Origin: an uncultured virus (IMG/VR IMGVR_UViG_3300010049_000003)
Taxonomy: Duplodnaviria; Heunggongvirae; Uroviricota; Caudoviricetes
Direction: 5' to 3' (one strand)
DNA: 64,000 nt
IMG/VR virus record: IMGVR_UViG_3300010049_000003
Shown here: piece after piece, positions 39,297-48,965 of the stretch
How positions within the stretch are numbered: the stretch's first letter is position 1
Layout: every line of letters starts with the position of its first letter
Made by a program: the position numbers and the translations under genes
Notes under the pieces: model-generated
What the model saw: the letters and a program-made list of their open reading frames with translations, nothing else
Databases searched by the model: none
What the model was told of the DNA's origin: nothing

Positions 39297-39773
39297 TTAG
39301 GCGGCGGCTCGTGTCCCCTTGCGCATCCGGTTTCCGAGCGCCATTCTCTGCATGCCCACGTTGAGGTGCCTGTACTTGGCGTACAACTCCTTCTCCTCGA
39401 TCTTCAGCGCCTTGGCCGCGATCGTGTACACTTCCTCCAGGCTCTTGCCCTGCAGGCGCTCAGCAACGGCGTCGCCGTTATTGTAAGACGTGCCTCCCGC
39501 AGCCGTCTTGACCTTAATGTACTTGGTCAAGTCCACAGCCTTACCGCCGATGGTGCGAACACCCGTGGCTTCAGACACCTTTTTAGCCTTCTTGCTCTTC
39601 CGCTTGCCATTCCCATTGTCAGCCATTTTCGTCTCCTTTGTTGGTAATTCCCCGACTATCTCGGCATTGGCAGCCTTTATGGTGCTCTGGTTCCCCGCAG
39701 CATCGACAAAGACTATCTTGCCGCGAACCCGGGCCAAAACCTTGCTGGCATCAATTCTGATCTTTTCAGCCAT
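39297..39773 (-). CDS. Basic protein with Y.HLN.G.Q.M.L.N domain (paralogue 1)
   Basis: 'NGD.VA..L.G..L', 'YRHLNVGMQRMALGNRMR'. Confidence 0.75.
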   Translation of the reverse strand: MAEKIRIDASKVLARVRGKIVFVDAAGNQSTIKAANAEIVGELPTKETKMADNGNGKRKSKKAKKVSEATGVRTIGGKAVDLTKYIKVKTAAGGTSYNNGDAVAERLQGKSLEEVYTIAAKALKIEEKELYAKYRHLNVGMQRMALGNRMRKGTRAAA

Positions 39774-39783
39774 GAATATCCCC

Positions 39784-40179
39784 CTATTTATATCGTGTGG
39801 CATTACGCCGCTGTTCCCAGAACCATAGCTTCCAGTTTACTTCAGTTAAGTTGTAGAGAATCTGGAACGGTGTATCGTCCAGGCCGAGATAGCACTGGAC
39901 ATTCCGCTCGTTTTTACGCAAACGCATGACATAGACATTTCCAGCCTCGATGTCTCGCTGGCGTATGAATTCGCGCTGTGATACGTCTATTTTAGTGGCA
40001 CCGACCTTTAACTCTACCCAGCCTAGGATTTCGGACCCCTGCCAGACGAGTAGATCAGTTGGCCCGGGAGTTTCGGTCTCCCGTATGTGCATAGCGTTGA
40101 TTTGTTGATTATTGAGTACCCCGATCAGGTATCCAGTAAACCAGGTCTCATCTGCATTTCGCGAAGGTATCGGAATCAT
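39784..40179 (-). CDS. PD-(D/E)xK nuclease (VRR-NUC/resolvase-like)
   Basis: 'RETETPGPTDL...WVELK......Q..F'. Confidence 0.7.
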   Translation of the reverse strand: MIPIPSRNADETWFTGYLIGVLNNQQINAMHIRETETPGPTDLLVWQGSEILGWVELKVGATKIDVSQREFIRQRDIEAGNVYVMRLRKNERNVQCYLGLDDTPFQILYNLTEVNWKLWFWEQRRNATRYK

Positions 40180-40258
40180 TCTCTATCTCCCTTATAGAGG
40201 CAGACTTCGGCGCTCCCGGTCTGCCAGCGGGTACCGTCGGTATGGAGGAACCGTGCGC

Positions 40259-41234
40259 CTAACCCAATTCGTAAACCACGAAGTCGCTACGGGACAGCAA
40301 CTGTTCCATCTCTGCCCGCACTTCCTCCTCATTGGCAGCTATCATCTGTGTCATGAAGAACTCGTCCTCGTCGTTGCGGTGCCGTACCACAAAGTGCCGC
40401 AACCTCGGAGGCTCTAATTGGTCGAGCCCCGACGGGCTGTGGACAACCCTCACTCGCTTGCTGCACAGGATTCGAGTCATAGGCCGAATTAAAACACATC
40501 TCGATTTGCCTCGTCAAGTCCTCTTCCCGGGCGGGTTGATCGACTCCTCGAAGACCCGGATCTGCTGCATCTTTGCTGCCAGATGCGGATGTGTACGGTG
40601 TACATTAGCAAAAAACGTGTTCCGCTCCTGTCGGGTATAAAAGGGGCCGATTCCCTGATCCGTCAGGTCGGTGCACAGATAGACCCGCCACAGTGTCCGT
40701 CCTGTCTCGTGCTGGCCCTTCTGCGACGCGAGACAGCCGTCACAGATTGGGTAGATCACGTTGGTATGCGGCTCGGCCTGGAACCAGCCGTTGCAGGCCA
40801 GACACTGCACCGTCGGCTTCTGCGGTTGACGATTATTTATCATCGATGCCCTCCCACCAGCAGCAATTTGGCCGCTCACAAATCTGCATCGCCCGCGCCG
40901 GGTGGGTATCAAATATGTCGCGGTGTAATAACAAGTGAACGGGCCTGAAGGTCATTTGCCTTGTTGTTAACAGCGCCCTGCGCGATCGTGGATTATATAC
41001 CACCATATGCTGCACATTGGCATGGAACAGCGCCTTACTCCACTTCTGGTGCTGTTTCACTATATCCCCGGCGAAAGAGATTGTGAAATATGTATGCTTT
41101 TTCAAATGAACACTATCCATTATCTGAGCGGTCGCATTTTTACTTAACCGTATGACACGTATGCCGTCTGGTAATGGCGTGTGCTGAGTTGTAAGCGCCA
41201 CGTACAGATCCTCATCGCTTGGTTGTTCAGACAT
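40259..41234 (-). other. Three small early hypothetical CDS (40259-40480, 40514-~40843 with CxxC pairs, 40833-41234)
   Basis: Co-oriented, tightly packed ORFs. Confidence 0.5.
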
Positions 41235-41760
41235 TGTGTCCCTTCCCGCGGAGCCGATTTCGTAGATTCATCTGCTGAAGACCCGGATTTAAGTGACCGT
41301 ACTTCTTCCTGAGGTCTGGTTCCGGAACCCCCAGTAGACGTGCTGCCCGTTCGTACATCTCGTCGTGTGCTGCCTGGCTCCCGGGCAGGCTTTGTACACT
41401 GTGGGCAGGCGGCTCGAGCCCAAATCGCCGCCACATTTCAGCAGGACCACCGTACTGCACAAGACGGCGTCTGAGATAGTCTTCAAAAGCTTCGGGAGCG
41501 GTTGTGACGGCTGTCGGTGAAAACACGGCACGGTGTTGTGCCTGTGCCCGTGGGATGATCTCATAAACAGGTCCTCCGTTATCGCCTGTATACAGAACAT
41601 GATAAGCTTTGACCACCACCTGGAACTTCTTGGTTTCCTCATCTTTTTGCAGCTCTCGCTCCTCCCAGCACAGTGCATGGGTTGAGTGATCCTCGTGCCG
41701 ATAATAAGTCATGTACTTGGGCCCGAACTTGGAAAAGATGGGCGACGATTTTTTCGACAT
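41227..41760 (-). CDS. Protein with C-terminal Y.HLN.G.Q.M.L.N domain (paralogue 2)
   Basis: 'YERAARLLG.....L..KYGHLNPGLQQMNLRNRLR'. Confidence 0.75.
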   Translation of the reverse strand: MSKKSSPIFSKFGPKYMTYYRHEDHSTHALCWEERELQKDEETKKFQVVVKAYHVLYTGDNGGPVYEIIPRAQAQHRAVFSPTAVTTAPEAFEDYLRRRLVQYGGPAEMWRRFGLEPPAHSVQSLPGSQAAHDEMYERAARLLGVPEPDLRKKYGHLNPGLQQMNLRNRLRGKGHNV

Positions 41761-41778
41761 GCTTGATCCTTTATTGAT

Positions 41779-41804
41779 GGGGGCGGCTCGCACGAGCCGC
41801 CCCC
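41779..41804 (-). terminator. Perfect intergenic inverted repeat
   Basis: gggggcggctcg-ca-cgagccgccccc; no clear U-tract, so could be a processing or stability element. Confidence 0.45.
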
Positions 41805-41854
41805 ATTGGAACACGACCCGTGCTCTCGCACAAGTCTCGCAATGCTGCAGTGCG

Positions 41855-42780
41855 TCATTTCCCGCCGAGCAGCGACTCGATCAGTAAGGTGGCGTAGATC
41901 TCCATGCTCCCGATTTCGCCCCCACTCGCGACAATCCGCTCCCGCGTGGCCTTCTGCAGCTTCCTGGCTAGGTTATACTGCTCCATGGTAAGTTGCCCAC
42001 GAGGTGGCGCCTCCTTTTTGGTGTGCCTCTTTTTCATCCACTCACTCACGCGCCTGCGCCCGGCGGGCGTCTGCGTCCAGTGAGGCTTTGACTGATCTTC
42101 GCCGTTCGATTTGTTTAGCGACATTTCTATATTCCTTATGGGTATGGCCCAGATATTGCATGCGATTCTGCCAGTATTCGAGCGTCTCCTGCCTGCTGAG
42201 GATGGCGTCGGGCCCACGCTTGAGCCAGCGCCCACTGGTAGAGGCACAGTTCTTGCATATGGGGCTACGCTTACGAGCTTTATTAGGGCAGCCCACGATC
42301 AGGCATCTGCTCATTCGCGCCCCTCCGTGTAGTGGAGCAAGGTCCCAGGCGGAAACGGTGTCGACGAAAGGTTCTCAACATACCAAGCAGCGACAACAGC
42401 TCTCTTGTCGTCAGGGATAACGGCTTCAACCATCGCAGAGCCGCTATAGAGTGGTGGTCGTACTTTGGGCTCTCCTTGCATGTAGTCCCAGAGCCCGTGC
42501 TTTTGCAGGGCCGCTTTTGCGTCATCGAGGGTTCCTTTTATTACTAAGTTCATTAGTCGGGCACTCCTGCACGGTCAAAGAACTCCTTGGCCTGCTGCTG
42601 GTCCAAGTTGTACTTACCTGCCCAGAAGGTGCACAGCAAATACCACGCTCCGCGTAGGTTGTTATCCTGTACGACGCGGGTTCCTGCCACCACGGTAGGC
42701 CGTACGATGCGTAGGGCGTCGGCCACGTTTGTTTGTGCCGGTGTGATGTGCTGCCGAGGATTTAGCATCGCTTGTCTCAC
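41855..42780 (-). other. Four small early hypothetical CDS (41855-42124, 42042-42314 Cys-rich, 42311-42553, 42553-42780)
   Basis: Overlapping start/stop coupling on the - strand. Confidence 0.55.
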
Positions 42781-42952
42781 GCTCCATCTCCTTTATTAAA
42801 TGTCGATAATGTGTAATCGCCCCACGGACTCCTAAAGCTTCAACCGCGGGGTCCCGTCGCCCCTTGCCCTTCAACAGGGCCGCAAGGAACCTGCGCCACG
42901 AGCGCAATGCCTGTGAATCACCTGCAAACATGCGTCGGTCCTCCGAGCGTCC

Positions 42953-42981
42953 AGTCTAGCACAGCCGGGGGTCTCGCGCCA
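42953..42981 (-). promoter_or_regulatory. Sigma70-like early promoter with CGGCTGTG spacer motif
   Basis: TGGCGC-N17-TAGACT with extended -10 TG. Confidence 0.55.
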
Positions 42982-43056
42982 GGTCCTCCCGGGCCGCCCG
43001 GGGCCGTCCGTGGCCACGAGCGAGGAGGGGTCGGTATCCCCGTACCGACCCCAGCT

Positions 43057-45111
43057 TCAGGGTGACGGCGGACCTTCGGTAGGTCCTTGCCATCCTAGTG
43101 TCCGCATCTCTGCCTCCAGTTTCTCGAGCACCAGAACCCGTTTGGCCCGTATCGGTAGGCCGTAATGAAACGCCCACCGCGCCTTTACGGACCGGCCACC
43201 AGAATGCCTAAGACCCTTGGCTTCAAGCTTTATGGCTGCACGCACCGCCAGAAGCTGAAACAGCCTTATCTGGTTGGGCTCGGTCATCGCCGTGAAAGCA
43301 TCGGCCACCCTAGTTGACCTGACTGTCATCTGCTTTCTCCGCGTGTAACTCCGTGATCGTGTAAGGACCACGGCACCCTCCTTTCCCTGGCTGGCCGTAA
43401 GTTGCCTTTCCCTGGGTCAATTGCTCAAAGCTCTCGCGTTGCACCTGGCTCACTGCAGCGTCGAAATTCGGCCCCTGGCAGTACACCGTGCCCTGTGTCA
43501 CCCACGGATTGCCCTGCCCGTCTAGGCCCCTCATTACCCATCGCACTTTCATATCCTTCCTCCCGGGTTCCACGACCCATGTTCCTTCCACTTATGGATA
43601 AGCATCAGCATCTGCTGAGCAGCTTGCAGGAAGCCGTCACGCACTGCATCCTCGAGCTGTAACTGCAGGTAGCTTGCAACATGTGCAGCGGGCACCTCAC
43701 GCGATCCCCGGTTTTTTACCAGATTTTCACAGTATTCGAGCTCGTCACCTTTCCAGTCGTGTGGCATTACTTCTGATCTGTTTGGCGCCGTCATTTCGTT
43801 AGCTCCATTGTAAATCCTCCTCTATGAGTTGGGTTTTTTCTCTCTTCGTTCACCAGCTTCCATGCCTCGTCATCCGTCATACCCTTGCCGGTGGCCCAAT
43901 GCTGCACGATGCGGCATACCACGCGCGCAAAATCGCCTTCTTCATCCAGGTGTATCAGATAGACAACACACTCGTCTTCTCGCCGCCCGACCACCAGCAT
44001 CGGCTCGGTGATGGACATTAATAATTCATCTAATTGCCCCTGTGAAATCTGTTGTGTCATTTGTCCCCCAGCAGTTGATTCACAAACCAAATGCCGACAG
44101 CGAGGCCAAAGATGCCTCCTGCGGTCCCTAGTGCGATTTCGATTACCAGGTGCCAGTCAATAGTCGTCATCAATTTGCTCCCCCATCTCCTCCAGTTCTG
44201 TCCGTCCCTTGCCAGGTCGCGTCATTGACCAGCCACAGAAGCAACGCACGAGCTTGTGGTGCTTGCCACACCGTTCACACACGTACGCACCACAGTAACG
44301 CCTGCCATATGCCCATCCTGTGCAACCTTCAGCGTCGCACGGCTTTCTTTTCATCTCAAACGGTACATTTTCAGTCATACGCCCGCCCATTTGTCAAATG
44401 AACCCTCGGGGCACCCGGACTCGCACCATCGCAGGTAAAGGTCGGCTCTGCGCTGCTCCCAGCGCTGTGCATCTTCTTCCGTCACCTTCCCGGTGCCGTG
44501 GCAGCGCTCGCACGGCTTGTCGTAGCCACCGTGTAAATATTCGTCGCGGTCCTCGGGTGTGTCAAAGCATTCATAAAACTCCTCCATCGTAAAGGAGCCC
44601 AGGTGGGCGCTGGTGTATCCCTTGCCATTACATCTGCTACACTGGGTCATTGTAACTCCTCCACTTCGTGTACAAAGAATTGGTCGCATTCGGATTCGTC
44701 GTCCAGGTCCTCGGTGGCCGTGGTCAGGGTCATGGAACCGTCAGGGTCGCGGACCCAAAAGAGGTCTTCCGAGTCGCCCACGATGTCTTGCGCAATCCTC
44801 TGGGCGTGCGCGATCAGTTTGCGACGATCAGTAGAAACTGCGATGGGCACGGTGTCCCCCTCGCTTGCGGTGTATCGGCTTAATACGAACACGGTCACCA
44901 TTTATACCCCCTCGTCTGTGATAATACGTTCGATGGTCAGCACCACGTCCCCGATTGTGTAAAGGTTGCGGCCACGCTCGGTCCATTTAAGCTTCATGAA
45001 CCGCTTTTGTAACGCTACCGCATCCTTTTCGTTTACCTCCGATCGGGCCACAGCAACGCGTCCGTGGGGATCCTGCAAGTTCTTGAGTACTACCATAAAT
45101 CGGACTTTCAT
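43057..45111 (-). other. Run of small early CDS (43057-43329, 43310-43552, 43549-43794, 43791-44060, 44157-44378 Zn-finger, 44375-44650 DnaJ-type CxxCxGxG, 44647-44901, 44902-45111)
   Basis: Coupled, co-oriented short ORFs; CSRCNGKG and CERCHGTG motifs. Confidence 0.6.
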
Positions 45112-45165
45112 ATCGCTTCTCTCCTTTAACGGTCAATCTGCCGCCACCCGGGCGGTCCCAGGGCG

Positions 45166-45195
45166 AGTGTAGCACAGCCGCCCTGGGTCTGTCCA
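45166..45195 (-). promoter_or_regulatory. Sigma70-like early promoter with CGGCTGTG spacer motif
   Basis: TGGACA-N18-TACACT with extended -10 TG. Confidence 0.6.
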
Positions 45196-45331
45196 GCGCT
45201 CCGTCTGTCAGGGGGCAGGGGCGGACGCCGTTTCGTATTCCTCACGCGTTCTTGCTTCCACGGTCATTGAGTTTCTCCTTGAAAACGTGAGAGGCGGGGG
45301 CTTGCGCCCCCGCTCGTGGGTTGGGGTTGCC

Positions 45332-45586
45332 TCAGCCCTTGTAGCCGTCGGGCGGCGTGCGCCCCTCCTTGATCGCCTTGGCGGCAGCTTGCTTGACCCC
45401 GGTCTTGGTCGTGGCATTGACCGCGAACGAGACGTCAGCGTGCTTGCCGTCGAGCTTGAGGAAGCCGCCGGTGCTGCCCACGTTGAGCGTCTTCCAGGAC
45501 GCGGACAGGTCGCCACGCTGTTTCAGGTCGACCGTGACCACAAGCAGGTCGTCCTTCGTCACCTCGTACTTGACATTGAAAGCCAT
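45332..45586 (-). CDS. Small early protein
   Basis: MAFNVKY start with AGGAG upstream; strong GC3 codon bias; flanked by GCAA-loop hairpins (~45294-45315, ~45632-45659). Confidence 0.7.
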   Translation of the reverse strand: MAFNVKYEVTKDDLLVVTVDLKQRGDLSASWKTLNVGSTGGFLKLDGKHADVSFAVNATTKTGVKQAAAKAIKEGRTPPDGYKG

Positions 45587-45692
45587 CTGTTTCTCTCCTG
45601 TGCGCCGGGCTCGGCGCGTGTGTTGACCCGGACGCGCCCCCCTTGCGAGGGGCGCGTTTCGCCGCTTCACGGCTCGTCAGCGGGCCTGTGCC

Positions 45693-46217
45693 TCACTCGG
45701 CAGCAGGGGCCGGGGCGGCCTTGGCGGCTGCACGGGAGGCCTTGCGGGCGGCCTTGGCGTCAGCGCGGGCCTGGGCCACCCCCGCGCGCTGCGCGCCACG
45801 GATGAGGTTGCCCAGGTTCATGCGCTGCATGCCCGGGTTGAGGTGCCCGTAGCGGCTCTTGAGGCTCGTGACCGTGAAGCCCAGGGCGCGGGCGGCTTCC
45901 GAGTAGGTCTGGTCGAGCGTGTTGCCCGCGAGCGCCTTGGCGACCTTGTCGCCATTGTGCAGGCTGACGTTGCCGTTGGCCGTCTTGTGGCGGGTGTACT
46001 CAGAAACGTCCGCCACGGTGCCCGCGATTGAGCGGTGCGTGATGTTGGCGGTAGGCAGCGGGCGCGTGTTGACGACGCGACCCTTGTCGGCCTTCGCCGC
46101 CTTGGCGGGCTTGCGGGCACGGGGAGCGCGAGGGGCAGGGGCGGCAGGCAGCACGGCAGCCTCGACGGCGGCAGGGGCGGCGACCACGGGGGCGGAGACG
46201 GTGTTGGTGTCGTTCAC
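45693..46217 (-). CDS. First early gene; Ala/Lys-rich protein with Y.HLN.G.Q.M.L.N domain (paralogue 3)
   Basis: GTG start with AAGGA RBS; 'YGHLNPGMQRMNLGNLIR'; histone H1-like tails. Confidence 0.8.
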   Translation of the reverse strand: MNDTNTVSAPVVAAPAAVEAAVLPAAPAPRAPRARKPAKAAKADKGRVVNTRPLPTANITHRSIAGTVADVSEYTRHKTANGNVSLHNGDKVAKALAGNTLDQTYSEAARALGFTVTSLKSRYGHLNPGMQRMNLGNLIRGAQRAGVAQARADAKAARKASRAAAKAAPAPAAE

Positions 46218-46290
46218 GTGTCAGTATCCTTTATTTCGGCGGGGTGGCGGACCCCGGGACCGGTGGCCAGAATTCCCGACCACAGAAGAT

Positions 46291-46319
46291 ATTGTAACAC
46301 AGCCGGGGGCTGCACACAA
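46291..46319 (-). promoter_or_regulatory. Strong sigma70-like early promoter
   Basis: TTGTGT-N17-TACAAT with extended -10 TG, upstream of the first early gene. Confidence 0.75.
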
Positions 46320-46411
46320 GTATTCTGTGCGGCTCCGGCTGCAGACGGGCAAGGCGGCTGCCGCGCACCGGAGAGAGGACCGCGCACGCGCGCGTTAGCA
46401 CAGCCGGAGGC

Positions 46412-46468
46412 TCGGCACAAGTCCCCCCAAGCACACCTCGAGCTTCGGCACAAGTCCCCCCAAGCACA
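46412..46468. repeat. Direct repeat, 2 x 24 bp (tcggcacaagtccccccaagcaca)
   Basis: Copies at 46412-46435 and 46445-46468. Confidence 0.85.
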
Positions 46469-47162
46469 GCCGGGGCACGGCGTCAAGACTGTACGGGCAT
46501 ACAGTACCTGGGGCGCACGAGACGTGCAGCACGCCGGCAAGAAACGTGCCACGTCACGGGAGACAGCGGGAAGCCCAGGAAGAGGCGCAGGAGGGGATAG
46601 CTACTAAGGTAGCGGGCAGGGCACGCGAGAGGCAGGGAAGACACGGGAGAAGACCGATTCCTGCCTAGGCAAAGATCGACACGCACAGGCAAACCAGGCT
46701 GTCAAGTACGCAAGAGACGTGCCAGGGTTGCAGGAGGAAACGCCGGGAAACCCCGGGGAACGCGCACGCACGAGCACATGCAAGAAGCGTGCCAGGGCAT
46801 GTACGGGCGTACAGTGTGCACGCGGGTTGCGAGAGGGGACAGAAGACCAAGGGGACCAGCTACACAGCGAAAACGCGAACCCGACCGTGGGAACGGTGAC
46901 GCCACAGGGGGGAGAGCTGCGAGACCCCACAAAAAACACACGGAAAAGCGAGCGCCGTTCCCGGTTCGGCCACCAATTACCTGCCCCCGGTGTGAGGGGA
47001 GCAGTGGACCGTGGACGGTCCTCCTGGTCTTCTGATTCTCTGTCCCCTCCGAGGTGCACACCGACCCCCCCCCCGTCAACGGGCGAACACCCCCCTGCTG
47101 CACGCCGGCGACCCTTGACACGGGCAAAGCGCGCATGATGGAATTCGCGCCGACGGTGGGAG

Positions 47163-47178
47163 CGTTCCACGTGAAACC
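47163..47178. promoter_or_regulatory. parS: parS-like site (14/16 match)
   Basis: CGTTCCACGTGAAACC vs consensus TGTTNCACGTGAAACA. Confidence 0.65.
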
Positions 47179-47395
47179 TCGAGGCGACGGGAAGAGGGAC
47201 GTGCGAAGGGGCCAATTGGAAATGCGCAGTGCAGGAAGGCTAGCGGGCAAGGATCAGAGCGCAAGTTGGCACGAAGCTTGCACGGGGCAGGGGCAAGGCA
47301 GCGACTGTCCCGGCCGGGCGATTTGCCTGTTGCTCTCTTGTCTCTGCAGCTTGGTTGCGGCGGCGCAGGGGCGGCGTGGGTCGTAGGGCTTTTTT

Positions 47396-47411
47396 TGTTC
47401 CACGTGAAACA
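47396..47411. promoter_or_regulatory. parS: parS site (16/16 consensus)
   Basis: TGTTCCACGTGAAACA in a non-coding region. Confidence 0.8.
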
Positions 47412-47523
47412 ACCAAAAGGGAGAAATACTAGATGCCAACCCCAAAGGACCCCGAGACGAAAAAAGAAACGCCGGGTCCTCGCCTACTGTTTTTGGCTCC
47501 GGAGTCCGTTGGAGCATCTACAT

Positions 47524-47940
47524 ATGCATACATGTGAGATATTGGAACTGGATGGACCGCCTGTTGCCGCGTTTATATTGCCCGGTATTGATGGGTATGT
47601 TGCCATACGGTACAAGATCGTCAAGTTTCTGGGCAGTTTCGAAGAGTGTCAGCGGGCACAGGAAAGGTTCCAGCATGCCATCCGGGCAGATTTGAGGGAT
47701 GCCACTCTCAGGTTTGAGACATCGGACGATTTCATAGTAGCCGATGGGAAGAAATTCTTTCCGCACGTGCAGCCTATCATATGGTGGCGGCATCGTCCGG
47801 AAGTTGAAGTATATGATGATTATTGCTGTTTGTACGCGCGGTTTGATACTACTCCACCGTTGCTGAGTAAGTTCTGGGAGAAGTGGCATTGCGAGGAAGG
47901 ATTGCCGCCGCGAGGAGTGAAAGAAGTTTTAACAACCTGA
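47524..47940 (+). CDS. Hypothetical protein
   Basis: GGAG upstream of ATG 47524; first ORF of the + arm. Confidence 0.55.
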   Translation: MHTCEILELDGPPVAAFILPGIDGYVAIRYKIVKFLGSFEECQRAQERFQHAIRADLRDATLRFETSDDFIVADGKKFFPHVQPIIWWRHRPEVEVYDDYCCLYARFDTTPPLLSKFWEKWHCEEGLPPRGVKEVLTT

Positions 47941-47951
47941 ATGGAGGTTTT

Positions 47952-48242
47952 ATGCCTGTCGCCCCTCATGAGCCTGCAGATGCATTCATACCCAGTGTCA
48001 TCGCATCGGATATAGTAACGGTGCTGGTGCGCAAGCGTCAGCAGTTGATGGCTTTTCTGGAGGACCCACCGGATATAGTACAGGAGGCGCAGACACAGTT
48101 GGATGCGGTGAATGCGCAGTTAAAGGCGTATGGGTGGAATGAAGAGGTGACGCCGCCTATCGATCCGGCGAAGAGTTCGGTAAATAGAGATGATCCGGCA
48201 AAGGAGCGAAAGGTACATCCTGGGGCAACTAGCTATAGCTAA
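47952..48242 (+). CDS. Hypothetical protein
   Basis: GGAGG RBS; coiled-coil-like. Confidence 0.65.
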   Translation: MPVAPHEPADAFIPSVIASDIVTVLVRKRQQLMAFLEDPPDIVQEAQTQLDAVNAQLKAYGWNEEVTPPIDPAKSSVNRDDPAKERKVHPGATSYS

Positions 48243-48332
48243 GGAGGCACTGTGGCACTGTTGAGACGATGAGTTGTGCGACGGGCACGCGTCTCTCCGT
48301 CCGGGGCGCGTGCCTTTTACATGGGGAGTGTC

Positions 48333-48542
48333 ATGAGCAATCTTGGTTGGGTAGGACATCTAGATAAGTTCCTGGCGGCTCTTACAGCTTTAGCCGCCGG
48401 TGGGCACTTGTTGCACTGGTTCTCGCAGGAATGGATTGTGTTGCTGTTGGCTGTGCTAACCGCTATCGCGACGTTCATCGAAAGTCGTTCCAATCCGACG
48501 CCCCCGGTAACACCGGATATGAATAAGAGGGCGTCACAATGA
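48333..48542 (+). CDS. Holin-like two-transmembrane protein
   Basis: Two hydrophobic helices, charged tail, GGAG RBS. Confidence 0.5.
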   Translation: MSNLGWVGHLDKFLAALTALAAGGHLLHWFSQEWIVLLLAVLTAIATFIESRSNPTPPVTPDMNKRASQ

Positions 48543-48763
48543 GAGCAGCTATTATCGCTGTAGCATTCATGTTTGTGGCCCTGTCGGCCTGCGAGACCCT
48601 GGATCGGCTGCACAGTGCGCCAAAGGAGCTGGTCCTGGCTTGCGTGCTGGAGATGCGGGTAAGTGGTGAGCGCCCATGGCCAAATCTCGGGCCGCGCTGT
48701 GCACAGTTAAGCGATTATATTCACAACCACGGATGGCCCGGGGATGACTCCGGCCACTACTAG
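48539..48763 (+). CDS. Small lipoprotein (possible spanin or exclusion protein)
   Basis: Signal peptide with lipobox LSAC. Confidence 0.6.
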   Translation: MRAAIIAVAFMFVALSACETLDRLHSAPKELVLACVLEMRVSGERPWPNLGPRCAQLSDYIHNHGWPGDDSGHY

Positions 48764-48770
48764 GAGTTAT

Positions 48771-48965
48771 ATGAAAACTTTCCTGATTTTATCGGTGCTG
48801 CTGGTGGGTCCTGCCGTTGCAGACCCCCTGGTAGTGTTATCCCATGACAAGGAGCCACGAAGGCAGCAACAGGCGGTTTCCGTCCCTGAGCCACATGGCC
48901 TAGCGTCGGCGGCATTGCTAGCATTGGGTGTCGTCGGCATCTGGTATTCAAGGAGGCGGTCATGA
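48771..48965 (+). CDS. Minimal PEP-CTERM protein
   Basis: Signal peptide MKTFLIL..AVA; VPEP + transmembrane helix + RRR. Confidence 0.8.
   Translation: MKTFLILSVLLVGPAVADPLVVLSHDKEPRRQQQAVSVPEPHGLASAALLALGVVGIWYSRRRS

Noticed and set aside
46380..46480. Mini CRISPR array
   Set aside because: Only two 24-bp copies with a 9-bp gap and no cas genes; overlaps promoter-like units
46214..47517. Overlapping ORFs listed in the control region
   Set aside because: No motifs or ribosome-binding sites; typical spurious ORFs in GC-rich skewed DNA
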